From a virus: a stretch of 64,000 bases of DNA. Each line of letters begins with the position of its first letter. The stretch's first letter is position 1. The stretch is taken from the IMG/VR virus record IMGVR_UViG_3300045684_000009, positions 32,001 to 96,000 of that record. One strand, 5' to 3'. The notes under the pieces are model-generated. The model saw nothing but the letters and a program-made list of their open reading frames with translations. It searched no databases and was not told where the DNA came from. Of the stretch, positions 1 through 9,528 are shown one piece after another. The translations under genes and the position numbers were made by a program.

Positions 1-1731
1 GACATGTGTCCTATAGTAACTCCTACTCAGAAAGAAGACGACTGTGTCATTATAGGTGGTACACCTGCGTCTACAGTTGTTTCTAACTTAACAGAAGAAT
101 GCGATGTTGTGGGAGACCCATTAGACTTGTGTGCTCCTTTATTGGTAGCATTAGCAGGTAAACCTGAACTTTGTTTGGCTTGTAGAGAGACAAACGGAGC
201 ACCTGAAGTATATTGTACTTGTACAGGAAATGAAGAATGTTTTGAAATTGATGGAGCATACCAATGTTGTGAAGAAACAACTTGGACTCCTGCGATTGAC
301 CCTTCATTGGTTTGCGATACAGTGTCTATTACAGAAACATCTAATTGCGGAACGACAAGAATGACATTTGGAACTAAGAGTTCTACAGAATATACCCTGT
401 TACAAATCGCAGAAGACGTTTGTTCAGGAGAAGTTATTTATGAACAAAACGAATGTGGAGACGCTAGAGTGTCTGCTATTGTAGGTACTAAAGATTGTAC
501 AGAACAATGTGATTGCGAGGATACAGTTTGGACACCTGACGTAGACGTTATGTGTTTAGGCGAGTCGTATTATCAAACATCTAATTGCGGAAACAAACGA
601 ACTGCAGTCGGTACATATGAGCCACAATGTCCACCACTTGATAACTTCTTTGAAGGAGTCGAAGTATTAGATTACTGTGGTAATTCGTGTGGAGAAGGTA
701 CTAAATGTGTACCAGGCGGAGACACTCTTTGTGAAAATGAAGCAGCATGTAATAATGGACAAATAGGACCATGTATATTCCCTAACTCAGGTGAATGTTT
801 GGATTGTGACGGTTTAACTACTTGTGCAGGAAACGAAATATGTGTTGGTGGAGATTGTGTACAAAATACTGAAGATTGTACTGACGATTGTTATGAAGAA
901 AATGGTTTATCAGAACCGTGTGTTACATTGATAGCAAATGATTGTGATCTCCCTGCTGCTGTAACTTGTGGAGACCCATTAACTTCAGCTAGTGGATGTC
1001 ATGAATGTATGGGAACAGGAACAATGGCTGATGCCCTTCAAGTAGAAGACCCAGGTGATAAACCTTGTGGAGAAGATTTACTTGACCCTTGTGGAAATGT
1101 AATAACCGTTGGCGGTGGAACAGGTCCAAACCCTAGTGGTTTAAATCCTGCAGATTTCGCTTGTGGAGATGACGTTGTAGATGGTTGTGGTAATGTGATT
1201 ATTGTAGGTGGAGGTACTGACGGTGTTGGTGACGCTTGTGATGATTTAGATGATTGTACCGAAGGTTCAACTATCCAATCTGATTGTAATTGTGGTGGAG
1301 GAACACCAATAGCTCCTGATGATACTTGTGCAGCTACAACTTGTATAGATGAAACTTGTTTAGATGATTGTGGAAATGTAATTGACGGAACACAAGAACC
1401 TGTGATAGGTGATTTGACTGGTGCAGGAGATGCGCAAGTAACACCTTTAATATTTGGTACATTCCCTAACGGTACATACAATTTAGACTTAACTGCGAGA
1501 TTAACATGTAAATGTGATGCGGTCACTTTCCCAATAACTACTACCAACTTACAGATACTTGACGACCCTAGTAATTTTATAGGAACAGGCGTAGTAAGAA
1601 TGACAATAGATGGTGTAGGTGGTTTAGAGATAGTAGTTACAGGACCATTAGTTTCTGGTGATTTAGTGTTCTCTATAGATGTAGAATGCGGAGGTGTGAT
1701 AACCACTGTGTATTTCCAAATTAGCATATAA
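1..1731 (+). CDS. Cys-rich repeat structural protein (probably 5'-truncated by the window edge)
   Basis: The frame is open from position 1. Very high Cys/Asp/Gly content, with repeated C..WTP..C..SNCG..R..GT and CG...D.CGNVI..GGGT modules and a beta-rich C-terminal domain. Lies in the virion module. Confidence 0.7.
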   Translation, partial: DMCPIVTPTQKEDDCVIIGGTPASTVVSNLTEECDVVGDPLDLCAPLLVALAGKPELCLACRETNGAPEVYCTCTGNEECFEIDGAYQCCEETTWTPAIDPSLVCDTVSITETSNCGTTRMTFGTKSSTEYTLLQIAEDVCSGEVIYEQNECGDARVSAIVGTKDCTEQCDCEDTVWTPDVDVMCLGESYYQTSNCGNKRTAVGTYEPQCPPLDNFFEGVEVLDYCGNSCGEGTKCVPGGDTLCENEAACNNGQIGPCIFPNSGECLDCDGLTTCAGNEICVGGDCVQNTEDCTDDCYEENGLSEPCVTLIANDCDLPAAVTCGDPLTSASGCHECMGTGTMADALQVEDPGDKPCGEDLLDPCGNVITVGGGTGPNPSGLNPADFACGDDVVDGCGNVIIVGGGTDGVGDACDDLDDCTEGSTIQSDCNCGGGTPIAPDDTCAATTCIDETCLDDCGNVIDGTQEPVIGDLTGAGDAQVTPLIFGTFPNGTYNLDLTARLTCKCDAVTFPITTTNLQILDDPSNFIGTGVVRMTIDGVGGLEIVVTGPLVSGDLVFSIDVECGGVITTVYFQISI

Positions 1732-1746
1732 TAAAAATAATATAAA

Positions 1747-3633
1747 ATGAGTGATTGTAAATCATTTGACTTAGTAAAAAACGGACAAGTTTTCACGTTT
1801 GAATATGACTTTAAAGTTCCTGAAAATGTGATACTTGAGGATGCGGAGCTAACAGCCTCCGTACCCTCTGGGTTATCGTTGGTGGGGGCTTACTACTTCA
1901 TAGCGGGCAAACCTTCTGACACAATGACTGCTACAGTAAACGGTGCTGTGGTTTCTTTTGGTAATCTAAAAGAAGGATGTTACGTAGTTAGAGTTAAATA
2001 CTCAGTTACAAATAAGAATGCAGTAGTTTGTCCTATTAATTTTAATAGTGAATTTACGTATATTAATTGTGGAGCAGCTCCTCAAATATTCACTTCATAC
2101 GCTTGTTGTAATTCGTGTTTGGATATTTTAGATTGCTCAGATGCTGTTGCAATATTTTATGATAACACTTATAATGTAACACCTACTGGTAGTGATAGTA
2201 CAGGAGAGAGGGGTTTTTTAAACTACCCTTTCAAAACTATACACGGAGCGAATACTGACTTAGCTGTAGAGGATGGTGACCACTTTATTATTAATAAAGG
2301 TGAATATTATCCAGTTATTGTTGCGAGTGGTAGTAATAGAAAAGATGTATTAGGCGGTGACGCTAATAATGTATCTTATCATATTGTGCCAGGAACAATA
2401 ATAAGCACTTCAGGAAATGTTACTTACGGGCTATTTACAGATGTAGATGAGCAAGCAGTGTTGACTCCTGTTAATCCTTCTTTCTATAAAGTGGAAGCGC
2501 CTTATACAGAGTTGTCATCGGGCGTAACAGAGGATTTACCTATACTGATAGGTATGTATCATGAAGACTCTGAATTTTCAGGAACTTTTGGAACATTAAG
2601 CCAAGAGTATGCTGGAAGAAGTTGGTTTGTACAAACTAGTTCACAACATTTTGATCTAAAAGCGGATAGATTCATAGGTGGTTCTGGAGATGTTGTTGTC
2701 TCTTTCAGCTCTGTACCTGGATATGTTGCAGATGGTAGATATAACAATGTTGAAGTAGATTATATTGAGACTAGGGGCGATAGCAGTGTAAGTAGAGGGG
2801 CTTTAAGAACTCAATTTACCAAAACAGATAATATTCAAAATTCTACATTCAAAATAAATGTAGGAACATTACATCAGAAAAGCGCAACATCCACTGTTCA
2901 GGGTTCAATCTTGATAAGTGATAGTGCGATAGGTACAGGAAGTGTTATTGATATAGATGTAGACAAAATTATAGATGAAACTCCTGCAACGGCTTTTGGA
3001 GATACATCAGGTCCAGACAGTGATGGAATAGGTAGTATACTTATAGCAGGACTTGATACAGTAGATGCTGACCCATTGGGTGGTATAGAATACACTAATA
3101 TAAGAGTTGGAAATATAACAACAAATAAGTGTCTAATTTATTTCCCTTCTATCTCGGTCAACCCTGGTGAACATATAGAAAATATAAATAAGATTATAAA
3201 CTTAGACGTAAGTGGTGTCACAACTGATGGAAACTGTGTTAAGTTCACAGGTAGCGGTACATCTAATAGGAAGTTGACAAACACCAAAATACTTATTACA
3301 GGAGATATGATGTCAGAAGGTGCTAAATGTATAAACCTATCAGACATAGATTTAGACGTTGATTCTGAAATCAGATTCAAAAACTGTAGATTTGAAACTC
3401 AATCCATAGGAGACCCCGTAGTAATAATTGATAACGTAATAGGTGCAGGGGCTGATAATATCATTTTTGAGAATTGTATATTTATAAATGACGGGGTTAC
3501 TGAAACATTTGAAGCTACGGATGCCATCCCTCATAATATAAAAATTATAAATTGTTATGCTAATTCATTAGCAATTGATGCTAACGTTACAGAGCAGGTT
3601 GAAGCAGTGGTGAGAGACACTAACGTAATATAA
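1747..3633 (+). CDS. Tailspike/depolymerase-like protein (N-terminal Ig-like domain plus right-handed beta-helix)
   Basis: GSDSTG..G.LNYPFKTI.GA motif typical of the start of pectin-lyase-like beta-helices. I/V/N/D-rich strands with FKNCRF, FENCIF and IINCYAN rungs. Confidence 0.65.
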   Translation: MSDCKSFDLVKNGQVFTFEYDFKVPENVILEDAELTASVPSGLSLVGAYYFIAGKPSDTMTATVNGAVVSFGNLKEGCYVVRVKYSVTNKNAVVCPINFNSEFTYINCGAAPQIFTSYACCNSCLDILDCSDAVAIFYDNTYNVTPTGSDSTGERGFLNYPFKTIHGANTDLAVEDGDHFIINKGEYYPVIVASGSNRKDVLGGDANNVSYHIVPGTIISTSGNVTYGLFTDVDEQAVLTPVNPSFYKVEAPYTELSSGVTEDLPILIGMYHEDSEFSGTFGTLSQEYAGRSWFVQTSSQHFDLKADRFIGGSGDVVVSFSSVPGYVADGRYNNVEVDYIETRGDSSVSRGALRTQFTKTDNIQNSTFKINVGTLHQKSATSTVQGSILISDSAIGTGSVIDIDVDKIIDETPATAFGDTSGPDSDGIGSILIAGLDTVDADPLGGIEYTNIRVGNITTNKCLIYFPSISVNPGEHIENINKIINLDVSGVTTDGNCVKFTGSGTSNRKLTNTKILITGDMMSEGAKCINLSDIDLDVDSEIRFKNCRFETQSIGDPVVIIDNVIGAGADNIIFENCIFINDGVTETFEATDAIPHNIKIINCYANSLAIDANVTEQVEAVVRDTNVI

Positions 3634-3653
3634 TTAACCTAAAACAATAATAA

Positions 3654-4046
3654 ATGGGACATCCTATAAAAACTCCTTTAAACGGGAGTGAAAGTATACA
3701 ATTAATAAATGAAGTAGGCGGTAACAAACAGATCACTACTCAAGATATAGCTGACTTAGCTACAGGACCAACAATTGTTGAAGATTTAGAAAACAATGAA
3801 AGTATTGTTATAGAGAGAGCTAGAATACAAACTGGAGTCTTTAATTTAGCAGATGGAGGAACTCTACTCTTTCCTTATGCTTTTAAAACTGGTGGAACAA
3901 TTAGTTTTTTTGGTACTTCTGAAACTGCAGGAGCTATAGTAAGTGTAAACGCTATGACTACTAATGGGACAATTTTAGATCATAAATTACACGATGGAAC
4001 TCCAGTCACTGGCCAAATAAGCTGGCTTGCTATAGGTTTAGAATAA
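3654..4046 (+). CDS. Small tail-fibre-associated protein (gp53-like/H-lectin-like C-terminus)
   Basis: FPYAF...ISWLAIG C-terminal signature common in phage fibre tip domains. Confidence 0.55.
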   Translation: MGHPIKTPLNGSESIQLINEVGGNKQITTQDIADLATGPTIVEDLENNESIVIERARIQTGVFNLADGGTLLFPYAFKTGGTISFFGTSETAGAIVSVNAMTTNGTILDHKLHDGTPVTGQISWLAIGLE

Positions 4047-4105
4047 TTAAGATTTTAACAACTACCAATAAAACATGGGAGGACATCTAATAAAATCAAA
4101 TATAA

Positions 4106-5209
4106 GTGAAGAATTTAAAACCTACAAGCTCTAAATCCAATAACAATGGAGAATCACATGAAGAAAAGAAGCCCAATGTGATAAAGGATTTAGCTGCCAC
4201 AGGTCTTAAAGCTAAAAAGAAGAAGAAAGAAGTTAAATCAGTGTTTGTTGAACCTTCTCCTAAACCAGTTAAACCAAAAGCTGATTCTAAACCTGTTTCG
4301 ATTAAAGACATGTATGTTACAGGAGTTGACGGTGTAGAAAAGGTAGAGTGTGATAAACCTGTTTTTAAAAATAGTGAGCATAAACCTGCGGAGAGGAAAA
4401 GAATACATAAAGTTACTGATAATAACTTTACAGATAGTGCAAAGACGAAGTTAGATGGGATTGAAGATGGTGCTCAAGTAAATGTGCAAAGCGATTGGGC
4501 GGCGGATGAAGGTCCTTCCAGTATTTTAAATCAACCAAACATAATATCGAATCATAAAGATTTAATATTAGATGATGGAACTAACCCTCACAAAACAACA
4601 AAAACTGATGTAGGGTTATCTAATGTAGATAATACATCTGACAAAGATAAACCTTTAAGTTTAGAGGCAATAAAAGCATTAGAAGAGAAAGAAAATGCAT
4701 TCTATAAAAGTAGTGCGTTTAATAAAGACTTTGGGAAAACTGAAGGTACTGTATCTGAAGGAAACCATCGACATGATGGTATTTATGAAATTGCAGATGG
4801 TAGTATTTTAAAAAAGAAAGATATAGGTGTAACTGTTCAAGAATACAATTCTGATACGGTTATAGACGCAAATTACGTTGCAACAGAAAATAATTTTACA
4901 ACTTATTATAAAACAAAAATAATAAGTTTAATAAATAGCGTACAATCTTTATATAATTCTTTAGTATCGACTTTTTTAGGATTGACTGATACTCCGAATA
5001 ATTATACAGGGGAGGGGGGTAAAATTGTTGCAGTAAAAGGGGACGAGACAGGTGTTGAATTTATAACACCAACTGCAGGAGTCACCAACCATAGTGCGTT
5101 AATATTAGATGATGGAAATAATCCACATAACACAGATACGGCTGATATACCTGCTACAACTTTATCTGATGATTTTTTAGCAATATATATATTGGCAAAA
5201 AATACTTAA
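4106..5209 (+). CDS. Tail fibre protein (true start possibly ATG 4075 via a frameshift)
   Basis: Classic fibre repeats: TDNNFTD..KTKLDGIEDGAQVNVQSDW, NPHKTTKTDVGLSNVDNTSD.DKP.S, FLGLTDTP.NYTG.GGK.VAV. Confidence 0.7.
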   Translation: MKNLKPTSSKSNNNGESHEEKKPNVIKDLAATGLKAKKKKKEVKSVFVEPSPKPVKPKADSKPVSIKDMYVTGVDGVEKVECDKPVFKNSEHKPAERKRIHKVTDNNFTDSAKTKLDGIEDGAQVNVQSDWAADEGPSSILNQPNIISNHKDLILDDGTNPHKTTKTDVGLSNVDNTSDKDKPLSLEAIKALEEKENAFYKSSAFNKDFGKTEGTVSEGNHRHDGIYEIADGSILKKKDIGVTVQEYNSDTVIDANYVATENNFTTYYKTKIISLINSVQSLYNSLVSTFLGLTDTPNNYTGEGGKIVAVKGDETGVEFITPTAGVTNHSALILDDGNNPHNTDTADIPATTLSDDFLAIYILAKNT

Positions 5210-5219
5210 TAAATAAATA

Positions 5220-6065
5220 ATGAGTTTACAATCAAGATTAACCTCTGCATTTCAAGCAATAGGTGATGACATACAAGCCTTACTGGCCCAGGACGGTACT
5301 TTAACTGGGTTAAATACCGCAGATCAAACTAGTCTAGTAAACGCGATTAACGAAGTACACGATGACGAAGCGACTGCCATTCATGATAATGTGGCGGGAG
5401 AAATATCAGCAATTACTGAAAAAATTACGCCAGTTTCAGGAGACCATATACTAATTGAAGACTCCGCAGCAGCTAATGTTAAAAAGAGAGTTCAAATTGG
5501 CAATTTACCTGCGGCTTCAGAAGTTAATGATTTAACAGCATCAGTAACTTGGGCTAATGTTCCAGATGCCAATATCACACAATCAAGCGTTACTCAACAT
5601 CAAGCCGCGTTAACAATTACAGAATCACAAATTAGTGATTTAATACATAGAGATGCGGATGCTATTCATGGCAATGAAAATGGAGAAATTGCGGCTATTA
5701 CTGCCAAGGCAACGCCAGTAGACGGAGATTTTCTAATTATAGAAGATTCAGCAGCAACCAACGCAAAGAAAAGTATAACGATTGGCGATCTACCTTACTT
5801 GAGTCAAGCAGAAGTAGACGCGCGTGTGCAGTTAGTTGTTGATTCAGCGCCAGCGGCATTGGACACATTAAACGAATTGGCTGCAGCATTAGGGGATGAT
5901 GCAAACTTTAGCACAACGATAGCAAATCAAATGGCTAAACGTGTCGCAGTTGATGCGGTGCAAACATTTACAGTAGGGGAAAAATTACAAGGGTGTACTA
6001 ATATAGGAGTAGGAGACCCAGAACACGATTTCGTAACTGATTATACGACAGCCAGGGATAGTTAA
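5220..6065 (+). CDS. Tail fibre segment protein
   Basis: SLVNAINE and DSAPAALDTLNELAAALGDDANFSTT fibre motifs, plus an internal duplication (AIH.N..GEI.AIT.K.TPV.GD...IEDSAA.N.KK...IG.LP twice). Confidence 0.7.
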   Translation: MSLQSRLTSAFQAIGDDIQALLAQDGTLTGLNTADQTSLVNAINEVHDDEATAIHDNVAGEISAITEKITPVSGDHILIEDSAAANVKKRVQIGNLPAASEVNDLTASVTWANVPDANITQSSVTQHQAALTITESQISDLIHRDADAIHGNENGEIAAITAKATPVDGDFLIIEDSAATNAKKSITIGDLPYLSQAEVDARVQLVVDSAPAALDTLNELAAALGDDANFSTTIANQMAKRVAVDAVQTFTVGEKLQGCTNIGVGDPEHDFVTDYTTARDS

Positions 6066-6068
6066 TAT

Positions 6069-7997
6069 ATGGCTTTAAAAGACAAAATAGTATTATTAGC
6101 TCAGGAGATAGCGGCGGACGTTAAGACATTATTAGCACACGCTGCCAATACTTCAAACCCACATTCAGTAGATAAAACTGATGTAGGTTTAGGTAATGTT
6201 CCAAATGTGGATGCGACAGATGTAGACAATCACAGTAGTGGAACTACTAATAAAGTGTATACGGCTGCCGAACAGACTAAAGTGGGATTTATCAGCGTAA
6301 CGCAGGCAGTAGACCTGGATGCAATGGAATCTGACATAGCTACTAATACAGCTAAAGTAGGAGTAACCACTGAGATATCAGATGTAGTTGAAGATTTAAC
6401 ACCACAATTAGGTGGAGATTTAGATCCAAATGGATTTGGAATAGGAGCTACTAGAGAGCTTTTAACTTTTGTCGAAGATGCTTCTGCAGTAAATCATTTA
6501 GAAATAGAAAATGAAGCTACAGGAGGTGGACCAATATTAAGAGCAACGGGTGATGACGCAGATGTAGACCTTACTTTAGAGACCAAAGGTGATGGTAGAA
6601 TAAATTTAGCTGACCATGTTTATGTAAAGGATTCAAGGGCTATAACAGCAGCAGATTCATCTGCATTAAATATTGATGCAGATTGGACAGGAGTTGGTGG
6701 GAGTTTTTATCGTAAAGGAGTTTTTTTAGATCTTAATTCTACTGGGTCAAATGCAAATGTTCTTGGACTAGATTTTAATTATAATGTAACAGGAACAAAC
6801 AGTAAAGGGGAGTTTATACGAGGGGTTGCAAGTAATAATGGTAGATTGGGATCAACAATGGTTGATTTATCTACTACAAATACTGAAATACTTTTCACAT
6901 CCTATAGTACATACTTTAACAAACAAGTCCAAAATTGGACAGGAATTACAAATAGCGATAGGTATAACCAAAAAGTGTACGGGTTATATAATGAGATAAA
7001 TGTAGATACAGCTTGGAACTCTGCGGCCAACGTAAATAAGCCTGAGTTCTATGGTTTGTGGAGTCAGATAGACACTCCTAGTTCTACTAACACAACTGAG
7101 TATGGTTTGTACCTAAATTCAGTAAATGGAGGGACAGATGATTTTGGAGTATATTCTTTAGGAAATGGTGCTAACATTTTTGAGGGTAATGTAGGTATAG
7201 GCAGGTTAACCGCAAGCTACCCATTGCACGTACAAGGATGGATAGTTAATGCTCAAGATGGTATACGAACTAGAACAGGAACTGCAGCAGAGCCTGCTCA
7301 TGGGTTTATTGATGATATTGATATGGGTATGTACCGTATTACTACGAATACAATAGGGTTCAGTACAGGAGCTGCTGAAAGAATGAGTATCAATGGATCA
7401 GGGGATGTAAAGGTATCTACAGGAAATTTAGGTATAGGGAGAGATCCTACAGAAACCTTAGATGTATACGCCAGTAGTCATGCTACATTAAAATTAGAAT
7501 CTGATACAGGGGATGCTATATTAACCTTAAATTCTAATAATGGTAGTGGAGACCAACCTGAAATATGGTTCAGAAGAAATTCAGGAGCAACAATGACGTT
7601 TAGAACGTTAGCTGCTTCAGATGACACAGAATTAACTACTTTTTCAAATACTCAAGAGTTACAACTACAAACTAGTGGAGGATTAACTAGTATGGGAGGA
7701 GGAGTTGCTTACACAACTACTACAAGTGCAGCAGGAAATTACACAGTTTTAGTAACTGATAAAGTAATATTTAAATCAGGAATAACTGGCGGAGGAGATA
7801 CAGTAACATTACCTAGTGGAGCTGCCACTGGACAAGTGTTTATAATAAAAGATAGTGGAGGAAACGCAAGTACAGATTCTATAACTATAGCTACTGCAGG
7901 TGCAGAAACTATAGATGGCGTTAGTACATACTCTATAAGACAAGATTATCAAAGTGTTACTGTTATTTTCGATGGTACAAATTATAATATAATATAA
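6069..7997 (+). CDS. Tail fibre / receptor-binding protein
   Basis: NPHSVDKTDVGLGNVPN, DLTPQLGGDLD and GNVGIG..P...L.V repeats, with a C-terminal TVTLP...GQVFIIKD..G.A....ITI......TIDG domain. Confidence 0.75.
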   Translation: MALKDKIVLLAQEIAADVKTLLAHAANTSNPHSVDKTDVGLGNVPNVDATDVDNHSSGTTNKVYTAAEQTKVGFISVTQAVDLDAMESDIATNTAKVGVTTEISDVVEDLTPQLGGDLDPNGFGIGATRELLTFVEDASAVNHLEIENEATGGGPILRATGDDADVDLTLETKGDGRINLADHVYVKDSRAITAADSSALNIDADWTGVGGSFYRKGVFLDLNSTGSNANVLGLDFNYNVTGTNSKGEFIRGVASNNGRLGSTMVDLSTTNTEILFTSYSTYFNKQVQNWTGITNSDRYNQKVYGLYNEINVDTAWNSAANVNKPEFYGLWSQIDTPSSTNTTEYGLYLNSVNGGTDDFGVYSLGNGANIFEGNVGIGRLTASYPLHVQGWIVNAQDGIRTRTGTAAEPAHGFIDDIDMGMYRITTNTIGFSTGAAERMSINGSGDVKVSTGNLGIGRDPTETLDVYASSHATLKLESDTGDAILTLNSNNGSGDQPEIWFRRNSGATMTFRTLAASDDTELTTFSNTQELQLQTSGGLTSMGGGVAYTTTTSAAGNYTVLVTDKVIFKSGITGGGDTVTLPSGAATGQVFIIKDSGGNASTDSITIATAGAETIDGVSTYSIRQDYQSVTVIFDGTNYNII

Positions 7998-8554
7998 TGA
8001 CATATATACCAGTAAATAACACAGGATATGGTGTATCTTGGAATGCAGACCAAAGTGCAGCAAGTAAAGATGCTGTTTATGATAAAATAGAAAGCTTAGG
8101 CGGTGGAACACCTATTTTCCAAGGGTTAATGACTACTGAGGTCACAACAAATTTAACGAGTTGGACAGATGTAGATTCTTATAATGTGTCGGAAACTATT
8201 GAAGATGCGACATATTTTACTTTCAATGAAACAACGGGCGTTTTAACATTGGAAGAAATAGGAACTTACCTTATAACGGGGTTTTCTTCTATGCAATCAG
8301 AAAGTTCAAGTAATAGTAATGCGATCGGATCAGTTAGGGCGGTTGAGGGTACAACGGCGATTCCATACGCACACGCTGGAATAACATTTAATAGAGATTT
8401 AACAGGTCAAGATATTACGACAGAATTTTCAAATTTCATTTTTGAAACAACGGCGATAGATACAGATATTAAATTACAAGTTAAAATAGAGGGGCCAGGG
8501 GCGTCATTTGTAAAATTGATATTTGTAAGGTTTTCAGTTACTAAAATAGCGTAA
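7997..8554 (+). CDS. Fibre tip protein (C1q/BclA-like beta-sandwich)
   Basis: WNADQSAASKDAVYDKIESL N-terminus and a G.LTL.E.GTYLI beta-sandwich pattern. Translationally coupled to the upstream fibre gene. Confidence 0.55.
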   Translation: MTYIPVNNTGYGVSWNADQSAASKDAVYDKIESLGGGTPIFQGLMTTEVTTNLTSWTDVDSYNVSETIEDATYFTFNETTGVLTLEEIGTYLITGFSSMQSESSSNSNAIGSVRAVEGTTAIPYAHAGITFNRDLTGQDITTEFSNFIFETTAIDTDIKLQVKIEGPGASFVKLIFVRFSVTKIA

Positions 8555-8594
8555 GCTAAAAAGAATACGGTTAAACACATACTAAAACTAAAAA

Positions 8595-9521
8595 ATGTCT
8601 TGTAAGACAAAACTTATATCAGAAGAGTACGAATTTACTTCAAAAGAGGAAAACAACCCTTGTTTTTGTGGAAGATCAAACTGTAAAGATGTATGTTATT
8701 CTTTTGATTACAAAGAGTTAGATGACTTGCAATATTCTATAAAGAATACAGTTTGTAAATTAGGCAGAAAAAAGATAGATAACTTATTTTGGGGGTACGG
8801 TTGTGAAGAAGATATAGATGTAAAAGTAGGTAAACTTAGAATACTAGATCAAGTAGTAGAAAGATACAAGACTGGTATATATTATGAAACGGCTGGTTGT
8901 TTATGCGCGTCTCAATTTCAAGATATAAAAGAACAAGTTATAGATTTGGTAGATGTGATTCCATGTGATATTGATTGTCGATTGGATTTAGGAATATCTG
9001 ATGAAAACTTGGCTCAACATATAATGGATGGTAACACTTGTATATCTTATGATAGATATGAGAAGTTTGCTAAACAATTGTGTCAAGATTTAAATATAAC
9101 ACTGACTAGTACTAAAGAGATTTGCGATTTAACATTATCGTTATCTGCAGATATAATAAGTTGTGACGTTTTGTTTGCAATAAAAGTGTATAAACAAATG
9201 TGCGACCTAGGTTACAGCGTCTCTAGAAATATAGATGAGTGTAAACTTGATTGGACGCTATTGCTAGAAAAAACTGATTGTAATTTAGATTTTGATTTAT
9301 ACAAAGAGTTAATAGATTGTAATTTAAGTTACGATATAATAAAAGAAATATATAGTTGCGGCTTGGAGTTAGAAGTTATTAACAATAACCCCGAACTAGT
9401 AACACCAATAGGTCGATATAAACTTTTTAATCTCGCTGAGAATAAATATGAAATATTGACAAAATACGGATTAGAAACAATATTAAAAGAAGAGGATTTA
9501 ACCTCTGATTACTGTAAATAG
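8595..9521 (+). CDS. Cys-rich structural protein with a 13-aa periodic Cys repeat
   Basis: Seven Cys at exact 39-nt spacing (9123 to 9357). Lies in the virion module. Confidence 0.65.
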   Translation: MSCKTKLISEEYEFTSKEENNPCFCGRSNCKDVCYSFDYKELDDLQYSIKNTVCKLGRKKIDNLFWGYGCEEDIDVKVGKLRILDQVVERYKTGIYYETAGCLCASQFQDIKEQVIDLVDVIPCDIDCRLDLGISDENLAQHIMDGNTCISYDRYEKFAKQLCQDLNITLTSTKEICDLTLSLSADIISCDVLFAIKVYKQMCDLGYSVSRNIDECKLDWTLLLEKTDCNLDFDLYKELIDCNLSYDIIKEIYSCGLELEVINNNPELVTPIGRYKLFNLAENKYEILTKYGLETILKEEDLTSDYCK

Positions 9522-9528
9522 ATAAATT

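Noticed and set aside
4106-8554. Diversity-generating retroelement or invertible cassette acting on the fibre genes
   Set aside because: No reverse transcriptase or invertase in the window, and no near-identical TR/VR pair or inverted repeats seen. The repeats are diverged at the protein level.
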